The position numbers and the translations under genes were made by a program. The notes beneath the pieces were generated by a model. It saw nothing but the letters and a program-made list of their open reading frames with translations. It searched no databases and was not told where the DNA came from. A stretch of DNA of 64,000 bases from Candidatus Omnitrophota bacterium (GTDB taxonomy: Bacteria; Omnitrophota; Gorgyraeia; Zapsychrales; Fredricksoniimonadaceae): positions 3,725 through 67,724 of the forward strand of contig JADFZK010000009.1 in assembly GCA_015232565.1 (NCBI GenBank), read 5' to 3'. Shown here piece by piece: positions 47,987 to 57,484 of this stretch (within the stretch, counting starts at the first letter, position 1; each line of letters begins with the position of its first letter).

Positions 47987-48072
47987 CGCGAGTGGCCGAA
48001 GGCCACGAAGCGTCCCCTAGGCCGTAGGCCATAGGGGATGGCGTTTGCATACATAGCGAGATTTTGGTTTTA

Positions 48073-48146
48073 CGGGATGTAGCGCAGCTGGCTAGCGCAC
48101 TTGCTTTGGGAGCAAGGGGTCCCGGGTTCGAATCCCGGCGTCCCGA
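48073..48146 (+). tRNA. tRNA-Pro(TGG)
   Basis: Acceptor CGGGATG/CGTCCCG, anticodon arm CTTGC-TTTGGGA-GCAAG, T loop TTCGAAT; CCA not encoded. Confidence 0.95.
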
Positions 48147-48529
48147 TTTTTTCGCCTTCGGCGAAAAAATAGAGTAATCGAGATTGGAAAATCGAGAAAT
48201 ATGTTCTCGATTTCGGTCCCAGCCTACCGGTTTAACCGCCTTATGCGGGCTGGCAGGTAATTTCGATTTTCTATTTTCATTTAGAATGCTGTATGACGAG
48301 AATGCCTTCTTCGTAAATGGGGAGGGTTTTTTTGTTAGTAATGGCTGTGATGTTTCTGTAGTTGGCCGTCTAGCGCAGATCGGCTGGGCTTAACTGCGCA
48401 TACTTTCGCTGGTCAAGCGGCTGCGGCTGGGGTAGACTTAGGCGCTGTAAAGGGGGATCTGCGCTGGATCCCGGGAATATTACCAGGGCCGCTTTCTTAG
48501 GGGCTTCTGAAAAATCATTGGTATTTTAT

Positions 48530-50794
48530 ATGCATCGGGACCACTCAAAGCTGATTTGTGACATCAGCGAACTTACTGCCCTTTTTACCGACACGGCCAA
48601 TCTGGATTCCCTTCTGCAAAAGATCGTGGAAATGATCGCGCACCATATGAACGCGGGGGTGTGCTCGGTTTATTTGTATTATGAAGAGGCCGACGAGCTG
48701 GTGCTTAAGGCCACTCAGGGTTTGCGGCTGGATTCCGTTGGGCAGGTTAAGCTGAAGCTGGGTGAAGGTTTGACCGGCAAGGCTTTGCTGGAAATGCGTC
48801 CGGTCTGTGAGGGCAATGCCCGGCTGCATCCTTCGTTCCGGCTGTTTACCGGGATCGGTGAGGAGAAGTTTTGTTCATTTATGGCGGTGCCGATCTTGCG
48901 TGGCCAGAACCGGATAGGGGTAATGACCCTGCAGAGCGAGCAGAAAGACCATTTTACGGCGGAGGATGTGAATATCTTCCGAGCGGTCACCTCCCAGCTG
49001 GCTAATACCATTGAAATGGCCAAGCTGTTGATAGGGATCAACAAAACTGTGCCGGACGAGAAGAAGACTGCGGTGCGGGTGTCACAGCTGAAGTTCGTTA
49101 AAGGGCGTTCCGGGGCGGAAGGGTTTGCCATGGGTGAGGCGGTGGTAGTGCGCCTGCCGGCGCTGGAAGATATGCTTGCCGTGGGCAGTGAGCAACCGCT
49201 TACGCTGGAGCATTTGCGCGCGGCGGTTTTAGCCACCGAACGCCAGCTGGAATCTTTTCAGAAAGCGATCGAGACCAAATTGTTCGATGTGGCCTCGCTT
49301 ATTTTCTCCGCGCAGATCCTGATGCTCAAGGACCAGGCCATGCTCGGCGCGATGGAGGCTTTGATCAACAGCGGGGCGACTCCGCAAGAGGCGGTGCGCC
49401 AGGTGGTGGCGGAATATGTGGCCCGTTTCGACAAAATGCCCAACGCCTTCCTGCGGGAGAAGCGTTACGATGTTATTGATGTCGGCCGGCGTTTGCTGGA
49501 GAACCTGGTGGGCGTGCGCGGCGTGGAGCGGCAGTATGCCCGCAAAATAGTTATTGCGCGTGAGCTGCTGCCTTCGGACGCGCTCAAGCTGAGCACCCAG
49601 GGGGTGCAGGGGGTCGTCCTTTTAAGCGGCGGGGTCACTTCGCATGTGGCTGTGCTGGCGCGTTCGCTTAATATCCCTTTGATAATTGCCGATGAGGAGG
49701 CGTTATTGTCGCTGGCGCCGCAGGCGGTGCTTTTGCTCGACGGTGAACAAGGCAATGTGTATGTGGATCCCGAACCGGGGGTGGTAGCGGCGTTCAAAGA
49801 AAAAGAGGCTTTGCGCAAAGGCGCCGCCCAGGCTTGCCGTAATGTCAAGGCCCGGACGCTCACCAAAGACGGCGCGGTAGTGCATTTGCTGGCCAATATC
49901 AATCTGCTCGGCGACCTGGCGGTGGCGAAAGATTACCAGGCCGAGGGCGTGGGCCTGTACCGTACGGAGTTCCCGTTCATTGTGCGCAGTGATTTTCCGA
50001 CCGAGGAAGAACAGTATGTGATCTATCGTAAACTGGTCGAGATCATGAAAGGCCGCCCGATCACGTTTCGCACGCTGGATATTGGCGGTGACAAGGCTTT
50101 GTCGTATTACGATTATGCCAAGGAAGCCAATCCGTTCCTGGGCTTGCGGTCGATCCGGTTCTCCTTGCGGCACCAGGATGTTTTCGCCCAGCAGGTGCGC
50201 GCCATCCTGCGGGCGGGCGCGGTAAGCCCGGTCCGGATAATGTTCCCGATGGTTTCTTCGCTCGATGATTTCTTTGCCGCGCGCGCGGTAGTGGTGGAAT
50301 GTGCCGCCCAGCTGAAAAGTTCCGGGATCCCCCATTTGGCGGCGCCCGAGATCGGGGTGATGATCGAAACGCCTTCGGCGGTGGAAATGTCCGACGAACT
50401 GGCCCGTGAAGCCGCGTTTTTCTCGGTGGGTACCAATGACCTTATTCAATATGTCCTGGCGGTCGACCGGACGAACGAGAAAGTGGCCGACTTGTATGTG
50501 CCGCATCATCCGTCGGTTCTGCGCGCCCTGGAACGCACGGCCCGGGCGGCGGTACGGCATAAAAAAGATATTTCGATCTGCGGAGATATGGCCCATGATC
50601 CGCGCTACATGCCGTTCCTGCTTGGTATTGGTATCCGGTCTTTTAGTGTGGATGCGCGGTATATCCTTAAGATCCAGGAGCGTATAATGTCCCTTGATAC
50701 TACGTCTGCCCGGCAAACAGCGGAAAAGTTGCTGGGCCTCGTGAGTATTGTGGCTATCGAGAAAGAGTTGGCCAGTGAATATCCTGTGGCTTAG
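48530..50794 (+). CDS. ptsP: PEP-protein phosphotransferase with N-terminal GAF domain (EI-Ntr type)
   Basis: GAF (GEGLTG), TSHVAVLAR, GLYRTEF, RTLDIGGDK, SVGTNDLIQY and ICGDMA motifs. Confidence 0.93.
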   Translation: MHRDHSKLICDISELTALFTDTANLDSLLQKIVEMIAHHMNAGVCSVYLYYEEADELVLKATQGLRLDSVGQVKLKLGEGLTGKALLEMRPVCEGNARLHPSFRLFTGIGEEKFCSFMAVPILRGQNRIGVMTLQSEQKDHFTAEDVNIFRAVTSQLANTIEMAKLLIGINKTVPDEKKTAVRVSQLKFVKGRSGAEGFAMGEAVVVRLPALEDMLAVGSEQPLTLEHLRAAVLATERQLESFQKAIETKLFDVASLIFSAQILMLKDQAMLGAMEALINSGATPQEAVRQVVAEYVARFDKMPNAFLREKRYDVIDVGRRLLENLVGVRGVERQYARKIVIARELLPSDALKLSTQGVQGVVLLSGGVTSHVAVLARSLNIPLIIADEEALLSLAPQAVLLLDGEQGNVYVDPEPGVVAAFKEKEALRKGAAQACRNVKARTLTKDGAVVHLLANINLLGDLAVAKDYQAEGVGLYRTEFPFIVRSDFPTEEEQYVIYRKLVEIMKGRPITFRTLDIGGDKALSYYDYAKEANPFLGLRSIRFSLRHQDVFAQQVRAILRAGAVSPVRIMFPMVSSLDDFFAARAVVVECAAQLKSSGIPHLAAPEIGVMIETPSAVEMSDELAREAAFFSVGTNDLIQYVLAVDRTNEKVADLYVPHHPSVLRALERTARAAVRHKKDISICGDMAHDPRYMPFLLGIGIRSFSVDARYILKIQERIMSLDTTSARQTAEKLLGLVSIVAIEKELASEYPVA

Positions 50795-52382
50795 GCGTTC
50801 CTGTTGGGCGCTGGTGGTTGTTCTGATGTTCGCCGCGGCGTGGCTGCATTTTGCGGGCCGCATCAACCTGTTAACGGCCGACCTGGGCCGGCACCTGGTG
50901 AATGGCCGGGAGTTCTTCGCCAGCCATCTTATCCTTACCACCAATTATTATTCGTACACCAATCCTGATTTCCTGGCGCTTTGCCATCATTGGGGGATCG
51001 GCCCTTTTTTCTATGCCTGCTGGCAGGCCTGGGGTTTTTCCGGCCTCTCGGCGGTGTATACCGGGATCCTGTGGGCCACTTTGGTCCTGGCGGTCTTTAC
51101 CGCCCGACGTTCCGCGGGCAATGGAGCGGTTGTTCTGGCGGGTATGCTGGCGTTACCGCTGGCCGCTTACCGTATAGAGATCCGCCCGGAAGGCGTAAGC
51201 ACCCTGTTCTTGATGATCGAATATTTCCTTTTGTCCGAATGGCGCGCCGGACGTGTGCGCGGGGCGTGGTTGTGGGTCATTGTGCTTTTGCAGGTGGTGT
51301 GGGTTAACGTGCATATTCTGTTTTTCAGCGGCCTGGTCCTGACGGGAGTTTATTGGCTGGATGCCAGGCTTTCTTTTGCGCCAGCCGATAACCGCTGTCG
51401 TACGATAAACTGGATCTTCGGCGGTGCGCTTTTGGCTTCTTTGGTTAATCCGTTTACTTTTTTTGGTTTGTCCCAGCCTTTGTCGATATTTCAGGGGTAT
51501 GGTTACGACCTGGTGGAGAACCAGACCATTTTCTTTATGCTCAGGCGCTTCCCGGGCAACCAGGTGTACGGATATTTTCTGATGTTGTTTCTGGCCAGCC
51601 TGTTATTGTTGGTGGCGCGCTGGTCCCGGGATGGCGGCTGGCGCAAGGTTTTGCCGCAGGCTTTATTGTGGTTATTTTTCGGATTGATGGCGGTCAAGTC
51701 GGTGCGGGCTATTGCCATGTTCAGTTTTATCTTTATTCCCGTGGTGGCGGAAAGCCTGGAAACACTGTTGCGGCACAAGCGGCAATGGCGCCGGCTGGCC
51801 GGCTGGACGGGAGTGGGTTTGGTGTTTTTGGCGGTGGCCTGGCCGTCTTCTTTATGGTCGCCGGTGGGCAAGTTTGCACCTTATGTGGCCGAGGAGCGGC
51901 ACAAGAAGGCGTTCTTTTATATCCTGGCGCGGCCGGATATCTGGAGCGGCCTTATGCCGGGAGTGGAAAGATCGGCGGATTTCTTTAAGTCGGCCGGATT
52001 GAAAGGGCCGGTTTTTAACAATTACGATATCGGCGGTTACTTTATTTTTTACTTATTCCCGCAAGAACGCCCTTTCGTGGATAATAGGCCGGAAGCGTAC
52101 CCGGTGGATTTCTTTAAACGGACATACTCTCCTATGCAGGAGCAGGAAGCGGTCTGGCAGGCCCAGGCGCAAAAACACGGCTTTGAGCTGATTTATTTTT
52201 ACCGTCACGATATTACGCCCTGGGCCCAGCCTTTTTTATTGCGGCGGCTGGACGATCCCCAATGGGCGCCGGTGTTCGTGGATGATTACACGCTCATCCT
52301 GGCTCGCCGGGGCGGAGTTAACCAGGCGGTGATCGGCCGCCATGAGTTACCGCGGGCCATGTTTAAGAAAACAACTAATTGA
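50775..52382 (+). CDS. Polytopic membrane protein, GT-C glycosyltransferase-like
   Basis: DLGRHL..G, IRPE, WVNVH, VNP, FNNYDIGGY and FVDNRPEAY motifs; about 10 TM helices. Confidence 0.6.
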   Translation: MNILWLRRSCWALVVVLMFAAAWLHFAGRINLLTADLGRHLVNGREFFASHLILTTNYYSYTNPDFLALCHHWGIGPFFYACWQAWGFSGLSAVYTGILWATLVLAVFTARRSAGNGAVVLAGMLALPLAAYRIEIRPEGVSTLFLMIEYFLLSEWRAGRVRGAWLWVIVLLQVVWVNVHILFFSGLVLTGVYWLDARLSFAPADNRCRTINWIFGGALLASLVNPFTFFGLSQPLSIFQGYGYDLVENQTIFFMLRRFPGNQVYGYFLMLFLASLLLLVARWSRDGGWRKVLPQALLWLFFGLMAVKSVRAIAMFSFIFIPVVAESLETLLRHKRQWRRLAGWTGVGLVFLAVAWPSSLWSPVGKFAPYVAEERHKKAFFYILARPDIWSGLMPGVERSADFFKSAGLKGPVFNNYDIGGYFIFYLFPQERPFVDNRPEAYPVDFFKRTYSPMQEQEAVWQAQAQKHGFELIYFYRHDITPWAQPFLLRRLDDPQWAPVFVDDYTLILARRGGVNQAVIGRHELPRAMFKKTTN

Positions 52383-52387
52383 GAAAT

Positions 52388-54808
52388 ATGCTAAAAGTCG
52401 ACCTGCACGTTCATTCCCGTTATTCCTCCAACCCGGCGGATGCCCTGCTGAAAAAGTTCGGTACGCAGGAGTCTTATACCGAGGTGGACGAGGTTTACCA
52501 GGCGGCCAAAGAGCGGGGTATGGGCCTGGTGACCATCACCGACCACAACACTATTGGCGGCGCGCTTAAGCTGGTGGAGAAATATCCCCGCGAGGCGTTC
52601 CTGGGCGTGGAACTGACCACCATGTTCCCGGAGGACGGCTGTGCGGTGCATTTGCTGGTGTTTGGTTTCACTCCGGCGCAGTTCGCCGAGATGGATGCTT
52701 TGCGTTACGATATTTATCAGTTGCGCGATTACATCAAGGCCGCCGGCTTGCCGTATTCCGTGGCGCACCCTTCGTACAGCGTGAATGGCAAGTTAACGCT
52801 GGCGGCGATCGAGAAGCTTTTACTGCTTTTTGATGTTTTCGAGACTGTAAATGGCGCGCGGGTGGCGGCGTATAACGATCTTTTTAAGAAGGTGCTTGCC
52901 GGTCTTACTCCGGAGCGTATCGAGGGGTTGCGAAAAAAACATTTGATCGCTCCGATGAGCGACACGCCCTGGCGGAAAGGCTTTACCGGAGGTTCGGATG
53001 AACACGCCGGCCTGTTCATAGGCGAGACTTTCACCCTGGCCGAAGCCGTCGATAAAGAAGGTTTTCTGGCGTGCCTGGCGCACAAGTCTACGGATAGCGG
53101 CGGGCGCAGTAATCATTACAAGACCCAGGTCTATACTTTTCTCAAGATCATCCATCAATATTCGCGCAGTCGGGCCGATTGGGCCCGGCATGCCCCGGAC
53201 AATGCGCTTCGTACGCAGATCCGGCGTTCCGGCGGCTCGGCTGTAAAGCGAGCCTGGGATGAGCTTTGCGGGGCGATTTTCGACGGGAAGAGCCTGGGCT
53301 GGAAAACCCAGCTGAAGATCGAACAGCTCAAGCGCAGCCGCAAGGGCAATGCCCGGCTGATCGCTTCCCAGGTGAGTTCTTTGGTACGGAAACTGGTGCA
53401 CAATCCTCATATGCCGCACCAGGAGCGCATCGACCTGATTTATGAGACGGTGGCTGGTATTGAGGACGAATTCTTCATTTCCAACTTCGAAGCGTTCCGC
53501 GAGGGCTTCGCCAAGGGCGATATCCTTAAGCTTATGAGCAGTATAACGGCGGTATTCCGTTCGTTTTTATTGTCTTTGCCTTTCCTGGGGACTTTCCGGC
53601 ATTTGCATCAGTCCAGCGCTATCATGGACGAACTGCGCGCCGCCTTCCTGGGTGTGGTACCGGCGCAAGATAAAAAGATCCTCTGGTTCACCGACACGCT
53701 GGATGACCTTAACGGGGTCTCGGTTACGCTTAAGGGGTTTTCCGAGGAAGCGGCGGCCCGCGGGTTATGGCTTAAGCTGGTAACGGTGCAGGTGCCGGGC
53801 GCCCGTCCGGTGCCGGCCCGGGTGGACCTGCCGATGGTCTATGAATATACTCCGGATTTCTATCCCAGTTATAAAATGCGTTTTCCGTCCTTGTTGAAGT
53901 CGCTGGAGAAGATCTATGATGAAGCTCCTACCGAGATAGTGGTTTCGACCCCCGGACCGGTGGGCATGGTGGGCATATTGGCGGCCCGGCTGTTTGGCAT
54001 ACCCTGCCGGGGAATATATCATTCGGATTTTACCCGGATGACCGAACTGGGGCTTAGCGGCGGCACGGTGGCCAGCGTGGTCCAGGGTTATGTGCGCTGG
54101 TTTTATTCCCGGATGGACGTGGTGTTCGCCCCGACGCAGGAAACGGTCAAAATGTTGTCTGGGCGCGGTTATGATGTCTTGAGCCTGCAGGTCTTTCGGC
54201 GCGGGATCGACCACAGCGTTTATACGCCGGTGGCCGGCGACCGGGCGGCGTTGCGGGCCTGTTATAACCTGGATGCGCGTTTTACTTTACTCTATGCCGG
54301 GAGGGTCAGCGCCGACAAAAGCCTGCGCTTCCTGGCCCGGGTTTACCGGGAACTGGTTGCGCGCGGGGAGGAGATCAACCTGGTGATTGCCGGCGAAGGG
54401 CCGCTTTTAGCCGAGTTGAAAGAAACTTTGTCCGGTTTGCCGCGGGTACGTTTTACCGGGCGGGTGGAGCCCCGGGACATGCCGTTGGTGTATTCGGTCT
54501 CGGACCTGCTGGTGTTCCCCAGTACAATGGACACGTTCGGGATGTCGGTGCTGGAGGCGCAGGCTTGCGAATTGCCGGCGCTGGTGACCAATGTCGGCGG
54601 GCCGCAGGAAGTGATCGAGCCCGGCGTTACCGGCTGGGTTGCCGCGGCGGATAATGCCGGCGCTTGGGCCGAAGGCATATTGCAAGTCAAGAGGTTGTAC
54701 GATAATGACCGGACTGCATTGCAAACAATAAAGAGTGCAGCGCGGCAAAGGGCGCAAAAACTGTTTTCCTGGGAGGCGGCGTTAGGCGCGCTGTATGGTT
54801 ATGAATGA
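52388..54808 (+). CDS. PHP-domain phosphoesterase fused to GT4 glycosyltransferase
   Basis: DLHVHS, TDHN, AHP and GGSDEH; C-terminal NGVS, YAGRVSADK and DTFGMSVLEAQA. Confidence 0.88.
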   Translation: MLKVDLHVHSRYSSNPADALLKKFGTQESYTEVDEVYQAAKERGMGLVTITDHNTIGGALKLVEKYPREAFLGVELTTMFPEDGCAVHLLVFGFTPAQFAEMDALRYDIYQLRDYIKAAGLPYSVAHPSYSVNGKLTLAAIEKLLLLFDVFETVNGARVAAYNDLFKKVLAGLTPERIEGLRKKHLIAPMSDTPWRKGFTGGSDEHAGLFIGETFTLAEAVDKEGFLACLAHKSTDSGGRSNHYKTQVYTFLKIIHQYSRSRADWARHAPDNALRTQIRRSGGSAVKRAWDELCGAIFDGKSLGWKTQLKIEQLKRSRKGNARLIASQVSSLVRKLVHNPHMPHQERIDLIYETVAGIEDEFFISNFEAFREGFAKGDILKLMSSITAVFRSFLLSLPFLGTFRHLHQSSAIMDELRAAFLGVVPAQDKKILWFTDTLDDLNGVSVTLKGFSEEAAARGLWLKLVTVQVPGARPVPARVDLPMVYEYTPDFYPSYKMRFPSLLKSLEKIYDEAPTEIVVSTPGPVGMVGILAARLFGIPCRGIYHSDFTRMTELGLSGGTVASVVQGYVRWFYSRMDVVFAPTQETVKMLSGRGYDVLSLQVFRRGIDHSVYTPVAGDRAALRACYNLDARFTLLYAGRVSADKSLRFLARVYRELVARGEEINLVIAGEGPLLAELKETLSGLPRVRFTGRVEPRDMPLVYSVSDLLVFPSTMDTFGMSVLEAQACELPALVTNVGGPQEVIEPGVTGWVAAADNAGAWAEGILQVKRLYDNDRTALQTIKSAARQRAQKLFSWEAALGALYGYE

Positions 54809-56273
54809 CCCTTACGAAATAGATCTTTCCGGCATTGCCCGTAATGCCATGCGGCGCTATGGCTTCGACCCCGATTTTCCGGCGGAAGTTATGCGGGAAG
54901 TCGAGCAGGTAACGGCTGAGCGCGGTCCGGAGGCCGCTGGTGAAGGCGTGCGCGATCTGTCCGGCCTGCTGTGGTCGTCGATCGATAATGAAGATTCCCT
55001 GGACCTCGACCAGATTGAATATTGCGAGCGCGGCCCCGGGAATGAGATATTGGTAAAGGTGGGGATCGCGGATGTGGATCGTTTTGTGCCCAAGGGGTCC
55101 AAAACCGATAGGCGGGCTTTACATAATGGCAACTCGGTTTATACCGGGGTGGAGACTTTTCCTATGTTGCCGGACCGCTTGTCGGCCGATATTTCCTCGT
55201 TGCGCCCCGGCGTGGTACGTGCGGCGATGGTAGTGGAGTTCGCGGTGTTGCCCAACGGCAGTATCCGGCAGGGTGACATATACCGGGCGCGGGTAATGAA
55301 CCGGGCCAAACTGGTTTACGAAGAGGTGGGGGCCTGGCTGGAAGACCGGGGCGCGCCGCCCAAAGAATTTGCCGCTATTGCCGGACTGGAAGCTCAACTG
55401 CGTTTGCAGGATGAAGCCGCCGAGCGGCTGAAGGTTTTTCGTATGGAGCAGGGCGCGCTGGACCTGGAAAGCCTGGAGACGCGGGCGGTAAAAGAGAACG
55501 GCATGGTAGTGGCTTTGATCCTGCCGCAGGAGAATCGCGCCCAGCATCTTATTGAGAATTTTATGATCGCGGCCAACCGCACGGTGATGGACCGCCTCGG
55601 CAAGGCCGGGATGATGGCCATTCAGCGGGTGGTACGCACTCCGCGGGACTGGAAAGGTTTGCGCGACCTGGCGGCTACTTATCACGAGCGTTTGCCTTTC
55701 GAGCCGAGTTCCCGGGAGTTGTCGCAGTTCCTGGTTAAACGCAAGATCGCCGACCGGCCGCGTTTTCCGGACTTGTCTCTGGCGGTCGTGAAATTACTGG
55801 GCCCCGGCGAGTATGAAATGCTGGAAGCCGGCAAGCCTCCGGTGGGGCACTTTGGCCTGGCGGTGTCGGATTATACGCATGCGACCGCCCCCAACCGCCG
55901 CTATGTGGATGTGATCACCCAGCGTTTGTTGAAAGCCGTCCTGGCCGGGCGGGCCAGCCCGTATACTACCGCGGAATTGCAGGAATGTGCGCTGTGGTGT
56001 ACCGAACGCGACAAGGCGGCAAAGAAGGTGGAGCGTTTTATGCGCAAGGTGGAGGCCGCAATGTTGTTAACCGGCCGTATCGGCGATGAATTCGAGGGGA
56101 TCGTTACCGGCGCTTCCGAAAAGGGCACCTATGTGCGGCTGGTTGACCCGCCGGTGGAGGGCAAGGTGGTGCGCGGTTACGAGCGGATGCGCGTTGGCGA
56201 GAAAGTACGGGTGCGTTTAACCGGCCTGGATCCCGCCGAGGGGCATATCGATCTGGTGCGGATCAGAGGGTAA
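54801..56273 (+). CDS. Short RNB-domain exoribonuclease (RNase II/R family) with C-terminal S1-like domain
   Basis: SIDNEDSLDLDQ, IADV, LIENFMIAAN, HFGLA and YTHATAPNRRYVD motifs. Confidence 0.9.
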   Translation: MNDPYEIDLSGIARNAMRRYGFDPDFPAEVMREVEQVTAERGPEAAGEGVRDLSGLLWSSIDNEDSLDLDQIEYCERGPGNEILVKVGIADVDRFVPKGSKTDRRALHNGNSVYTGVETFPMLPDRLSADISSLRPGVVRAAMVVEFAVLPNGSIRQGDIYRARVMNRAKLVYEEVGAWLEDRGAPPKEFAAIAGLEAQLRLQDEAAERLKVFRMEQGALDLESLETRAVKENGMVVALILPQENRAQHLIENFMIAANRTVMDRLGKAGMMAIQRVVRTPRDWKGLRDLAATYHERLPFEPSSRELSQFLVKRKIADRPRFPDLSLAVVKLLGPGEYEMLEAGKPPVGHFGLAVSDYTHATAPNRRYVDVITQRLLKAVLAGRASPYTTAELQECALWCTERDKAAKKVERFMRKVEAAMLLTGRIGDEFEGIVTGASEKGTYVRLVDPPVEGKVVRGYERMRVGEKVRVRLTGLDPAEGHIDLVRIRG

Positions 56274-56288
56274 TTACAGGGTGGCCCG

Positions 56289-57158
56289 ATGGCAATAATT
56301 GAACCGGTTATCCGGCCTCCGGCAGAAGCCGGCAGTTTTCTTTTGCAGGTCACCCTGGGGTGTTCTTCTTATACCTGCAGTTTTTGCGGGGCTTATCAGA
56401 ATAAACCTTTTCAGGTCAAGAATCCGAAAGAGATAACAGCGGATATAAACTGGTATGCCGCAAGGTATCCGGATACCCGCCGGGTGTTCTTGATGGACGG
56501 CGACGCGCTGGTTTTGGGCAATAGCAAGCTGGTGCCGATCTTAAAAGAATTGCAGGTGGCTTTTCCTTTGTTGTCCCGGGTGGCCAGTTACGCGAGCGGG
56601 GACAATCTTGTCCGCAAGACCGATGCCGAGCTGGCGGAGTTGGCGGCCGAACGGTTAAGCCTGATCTACCTGGGCCTGGAAAGCGGCAGTCAGGATATAT
56701 TGCACCGGTGCGGCAAGACGTCCAGCGTGGAGGGCATGATAGACGGGGTGAACCGGGCGGCTCGCGCGAACATAAAGTCATCGGTAATAGTTTTGCTTGG
56801 CCTGGGCGGCAAGGCGCGTTCGGCAGAGCATGTGCAAGGCACGATCACAGCGTTGAATCGGATGCAACCCCGTTACCTGTCGTTCCTTTCCTTGATGGTC
56901 ATTCCCGGCACCGCCCTGGCCAAAGAAGTTCGGGGGGGAAAGTTTCAGGAGCTCAGCCCCCGGGAATTGTTGCAAGAGTCGCGAGATATTATTGCCGGAC
57001 TGGATCTGCACAAGACGGTGTTCCGCTCGGACCACGCTTCCAATCATCTGGCCCTGGAAGGGGTGTTCCCGAAGGATAAAGCTTTATTATTGCGGGCTTT
57101 GCGGGCGGCTCTGGACGGCGAGACAGCTTTAAGGCCGGAGTTCTTCCGGGGGTTGTGA
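56289..57158 (+). CDS. Radical SAM protein
   Basis: IRPPAEA, CSSYTCSFC, GLESG and FRSDHASN motifs. Confidence 0.88.
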   Translation: MAIIEPVIRPPAEAGSFLLQVTLGCSSYTCSFCGAYQNKPFQVKNPKEITADINWYAARYPDTRRVFLMDGDALVLGNSKLVPILKELQVAFPLLSRVASYASGDNLVRKTDAELAELAAERLSLIYLGLESGSQDILHRCGKTSSVEGMIDGVNRAARANIKSSVIVLLGLGGKARSAEHVQGTITALNRMQPRYLSFLSLMVIPGTALAKEVRGGKFQELSPRELLQESRDIIAGLDLHKTVFRSDHASNHLALEGVFPKDKALLLRALRAALDGETALRPEFFRGL

Positions 57159-57197
57159 CGCCGGGGCCCGCGAGACAGTCCGCGCCTGTCATAGCGC

Positions 57198-57226
57198 TTG
57201 CGCAGGTTGCGCTTTTGTTATAGAAT
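57198..57226 (+). promoter_or_regulatory. Putative sigma70 promoter with GC-rich discriminator upstream of tRNA-Arg
   Basis: TTGCGC-N17-TAGAAT followed by GCCGGGC. Confidence 0.6.
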
Positions 57227-57373
57227 GCCGGGCTTTATCCCGGACAATGCCGTAGCGTGCAAATAACTTGAGCTCGGCCGGGTTTTAGCTGGAAAGCCAT
57301 ATTTATGATATTATGGCTAAAGATGGTGTTACAACGACCGTAACATTGTTGAGATTTAGAGGCCTTGATTTGT

Positions 57374-57448
57374 GTCCCTGTAGCTCAGTTTGGATAGAGC
57401 AACAGCCTTCTAAGCTGTGGGTCGCCCGTTCGACTCGGGCCAGGGACG
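57374..57448 (+). tRNA. tRNA-Arg(TCT)
   Basis: Acceptor GTCCCTG/CAGGGAC, anticodon arm ACAGC-CTTCTAA-GCTGT, T loop TTCGACT. Confidence 0.95.
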
Positions 57449-57484
57449 CTTTAATTTAATTCCGGCATCTTTGGGTAAGGCGTT

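Noticed and set aside
47800-48393. Short ORFs listed across the repeat and tRNA-Pro region
   Set aside because: They translate hairpin repeats and tRNA-derived sequence, with no RBS or protein motifs.
48300-48515. 6S RNA or riboswitch upstream of ptsP
   Set aside because: Only short stems such as GGGATC/GATCCC; no recognisable conserved family features.
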